A DNA stretch of 45,889 bases from Klebsormidium nitens (taxonomy: Eukaryota; Plantae; Klebsormidiophyceae): NCBI GenBank assembly GCA_000708835.1, contig DF237615.1, positions 1 to 45,889 on the forward strand, in the 5' to 3' direction. Every line of letters begins with the position of its first letter. The stretch's first letter is position 1. Shown one piece after another: positions 44,426-45,889 of the stretch. The notes under the pieces were generated by a model. That model was not told the DNA's origin. It made no database searches and saw only the letters and a list, made by a program, of their open reading frames with translations. A program made the translations under genes and the position numbers.

Positions 44426-45348
44426 TTAACCCTTTGTCGGCGGGGAAACTTTCGGTCAATTCTACCGCACGTGAATTTTCGCGATAATCGCAAAATCAAA
44501 TTTGGACCGTCCGATCGATCGAGCGGACGGCGCCGATGGTATATACTGACGGTCCGGCACGCCGGTCCGCGACGGTAGCAGTCAAACACTTCCGCGCANN
44601 NNNNNNNNNNNNNNNNNNNNNNNNNNNNNNNNNNNNNNNNNNNNNNNNNNNNNNNNNNNNNNNNNNNNNNNNNNNNNNNNNNNNNNNNNNNNNNNNNNNN
44701 NNNNNNNNNNNNNNNNNNNNNNNNNNNNNNNNNNNNNNNNNNNNNNNNNNNNNNNNNNNNNNNNNNNNNNNNNNNNNNNNNNNNNNNNNNNNNNNNNNNN
44801 NNNNNNNNNNNNNNNNNNNNNNNNNNNNNNNNNNNNNNNNNNNNNNNNNNNNNNNNNNNNNNNNNNNNNNNNNNNNNNNNNNNNNNNNNNNNNNNNNNNN
44901 NNNNNNNNNNNNNNNNNNNNNNNNNNNNNNNNNNNNNNNNNNNNNNNNNNNNNNNNNNNNNNNNNNNNNNNNNNNNNNNNNNNNNNNNNNNNNNNNNNNN
45001 NNNNNNNNNNNNNNNNNNNNNNNNNNNNNNNNNNNNNNNNNNNNNNNNNNNNNNNNNNNNNNNNNNNNNNNNNNNNNNNNNNNNNNNNNNNNNNNNNNNN
45101 NNNNNNNNNNNNNNNTACAGTCCACTAGGGCAACAGGGCAACATAGGGGTACCCGAGTGTACTCGTACAAAACCCCCCGGAACCCCCCAAAACATTTTTT
45201 TCTTATTTTTGTATTTTTCTTTGGGTCGATTGACACCTCCTTCCGAAGTTTCGGGTCAAAGGGTTCGCTTTTGGGTGTTGTTGCCACGCGTTTTCATAGA
45301 GTGTTAAAGAAAAGCAACAAAAGGCAACACCCGCCGACAAAGGGTTAA
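44426..45348. mobile_element. piggyBac-type DNA transposon ends (non-autonomous, or with a collapsed interior) spanning the assembly gap
   Basis: TTAA (44426-44429) + CCCTTTGTCGGCGGG (44430-44444) on the left; CCCGCCGACAAAGGG (45330-45344) + TTAA (45345-45348) on the right. These are perfect 15-bp inverted repeats flanked by a TTAA duplication. No transposase sequence is visible. Confidence 0.8.
44599..45115. other. Assembly gap (517 N)
   Basis: Run of n characters; the true length is unknown. Confidence 1.
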
Positions 45349-45681
45349 AGTCGCAAGTTGCAACCCCTCTCCGGCCCTAATTTTTGCGATTCGGTGGGGC
45401 ACTGGAGTCTGGAGTCTGGAGTCACCGTCCAGAGTCTGGACCCGTTAGGACTCCCGAAAAGGGAGCGGGGTATCGTATTTTGGTCCCCCAGTCCAGGTTA
45501 CCTAAACTAGGTAATCCGTAGTGCACACTGCACAGCGCACACGCCTCGCGGATAGCTTGTCGAGCGACGTCACGGTTTGACCGCTCTCCCAGCGCGCTAG
45601 GTAGACGCGTTGGTCAACCAAGGTACCGGTCACACCCTCCTACCTAGGTATGCGGACATTGCTGAATTGCACGAAAACGTC

Positions 45682-45705
45682 ATGTTGACATCAATGTTGA
45701 CATCA
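45682..45705. repeat. 12-bp tandem duplication ATGTTGACATCA x2
   Basis: Exact copies at 45682-45693 and 45694-45705. Confidence 0.8.
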
Positions 45706-45889
45706 ATAAGAGAGGCAACAACCTTGAACATGATGGTATCATTTACAATCCGACCGTTTTACCGGTACGGAGATGGGATGTGTCGACGGTTCTCATCCTA
45801 TGCTCCTACAGATACCAAAAAGAGCATAGAACTACCACAAGCAGCTCGATGCGTATACGCCGAGTTCTACCGGGGTTCTACCTCTAGAG

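Noticed and set aside
44293-45348. ORFs of 263-300 aa near the right end
   Set aside because: They are open only because they run through 517 Ns; there is no transposase signal in the readable parts.
44426-45348. Kolobok as an alternative identity for the TTAA-flanked element
   Set aside because: Kolobok termini begin with purines (RR...YY), whereas these ends are CCCT...AGGG, the piggyBac pattern.

Overview
Eukaryotic nuclear DNA, intron-rich, with GC-rich exons and GT-AG introns. It looks like a streptophyte green alga; Klebsormidium-like is my inference and was not checked. I could assemble five spliced genes by hand with consistent splice phases: (1) a giant (~2,600-2,700 aa) non-RD Ser/Thr kinase on + (240/1089..11673); (2) peroxisomal 3-ketoacyl-CoA thiolase with a PTS2 on - (12811..17577); (3) a ~1,400 aa coiled-coil protein on - carrying a motif like the outer-dynein-arm docking-complex family (19632..28317); (4) a ~1,097 aa type-II membrane protein on + with IPT/TIG, a degenerate GT29 domain, an EGF-like module and a second, near-canonical GT29 (sialyltransferase-like) domain (29202..37956); (5) a ~386 aa two-TM protein on - whose motifs line up with the animal proton-activated chloride channel PAC/TMEM206 (39843..42853). 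A piggyBac-type element (TTAA + 15-bp CCCT... inverted repeats) spans the assembly gap at 44.4-45.3 kb. The strongest leads are the PAC-like channel, the tandem GT29 enzyme, the piggyBac ends, and a recurring pattern in three genes: decayed copies of exon ends, mostly with their splice sites, stacked next to the real exons. All family assignments come from motif recognition and recalled sequences; no database search was run.
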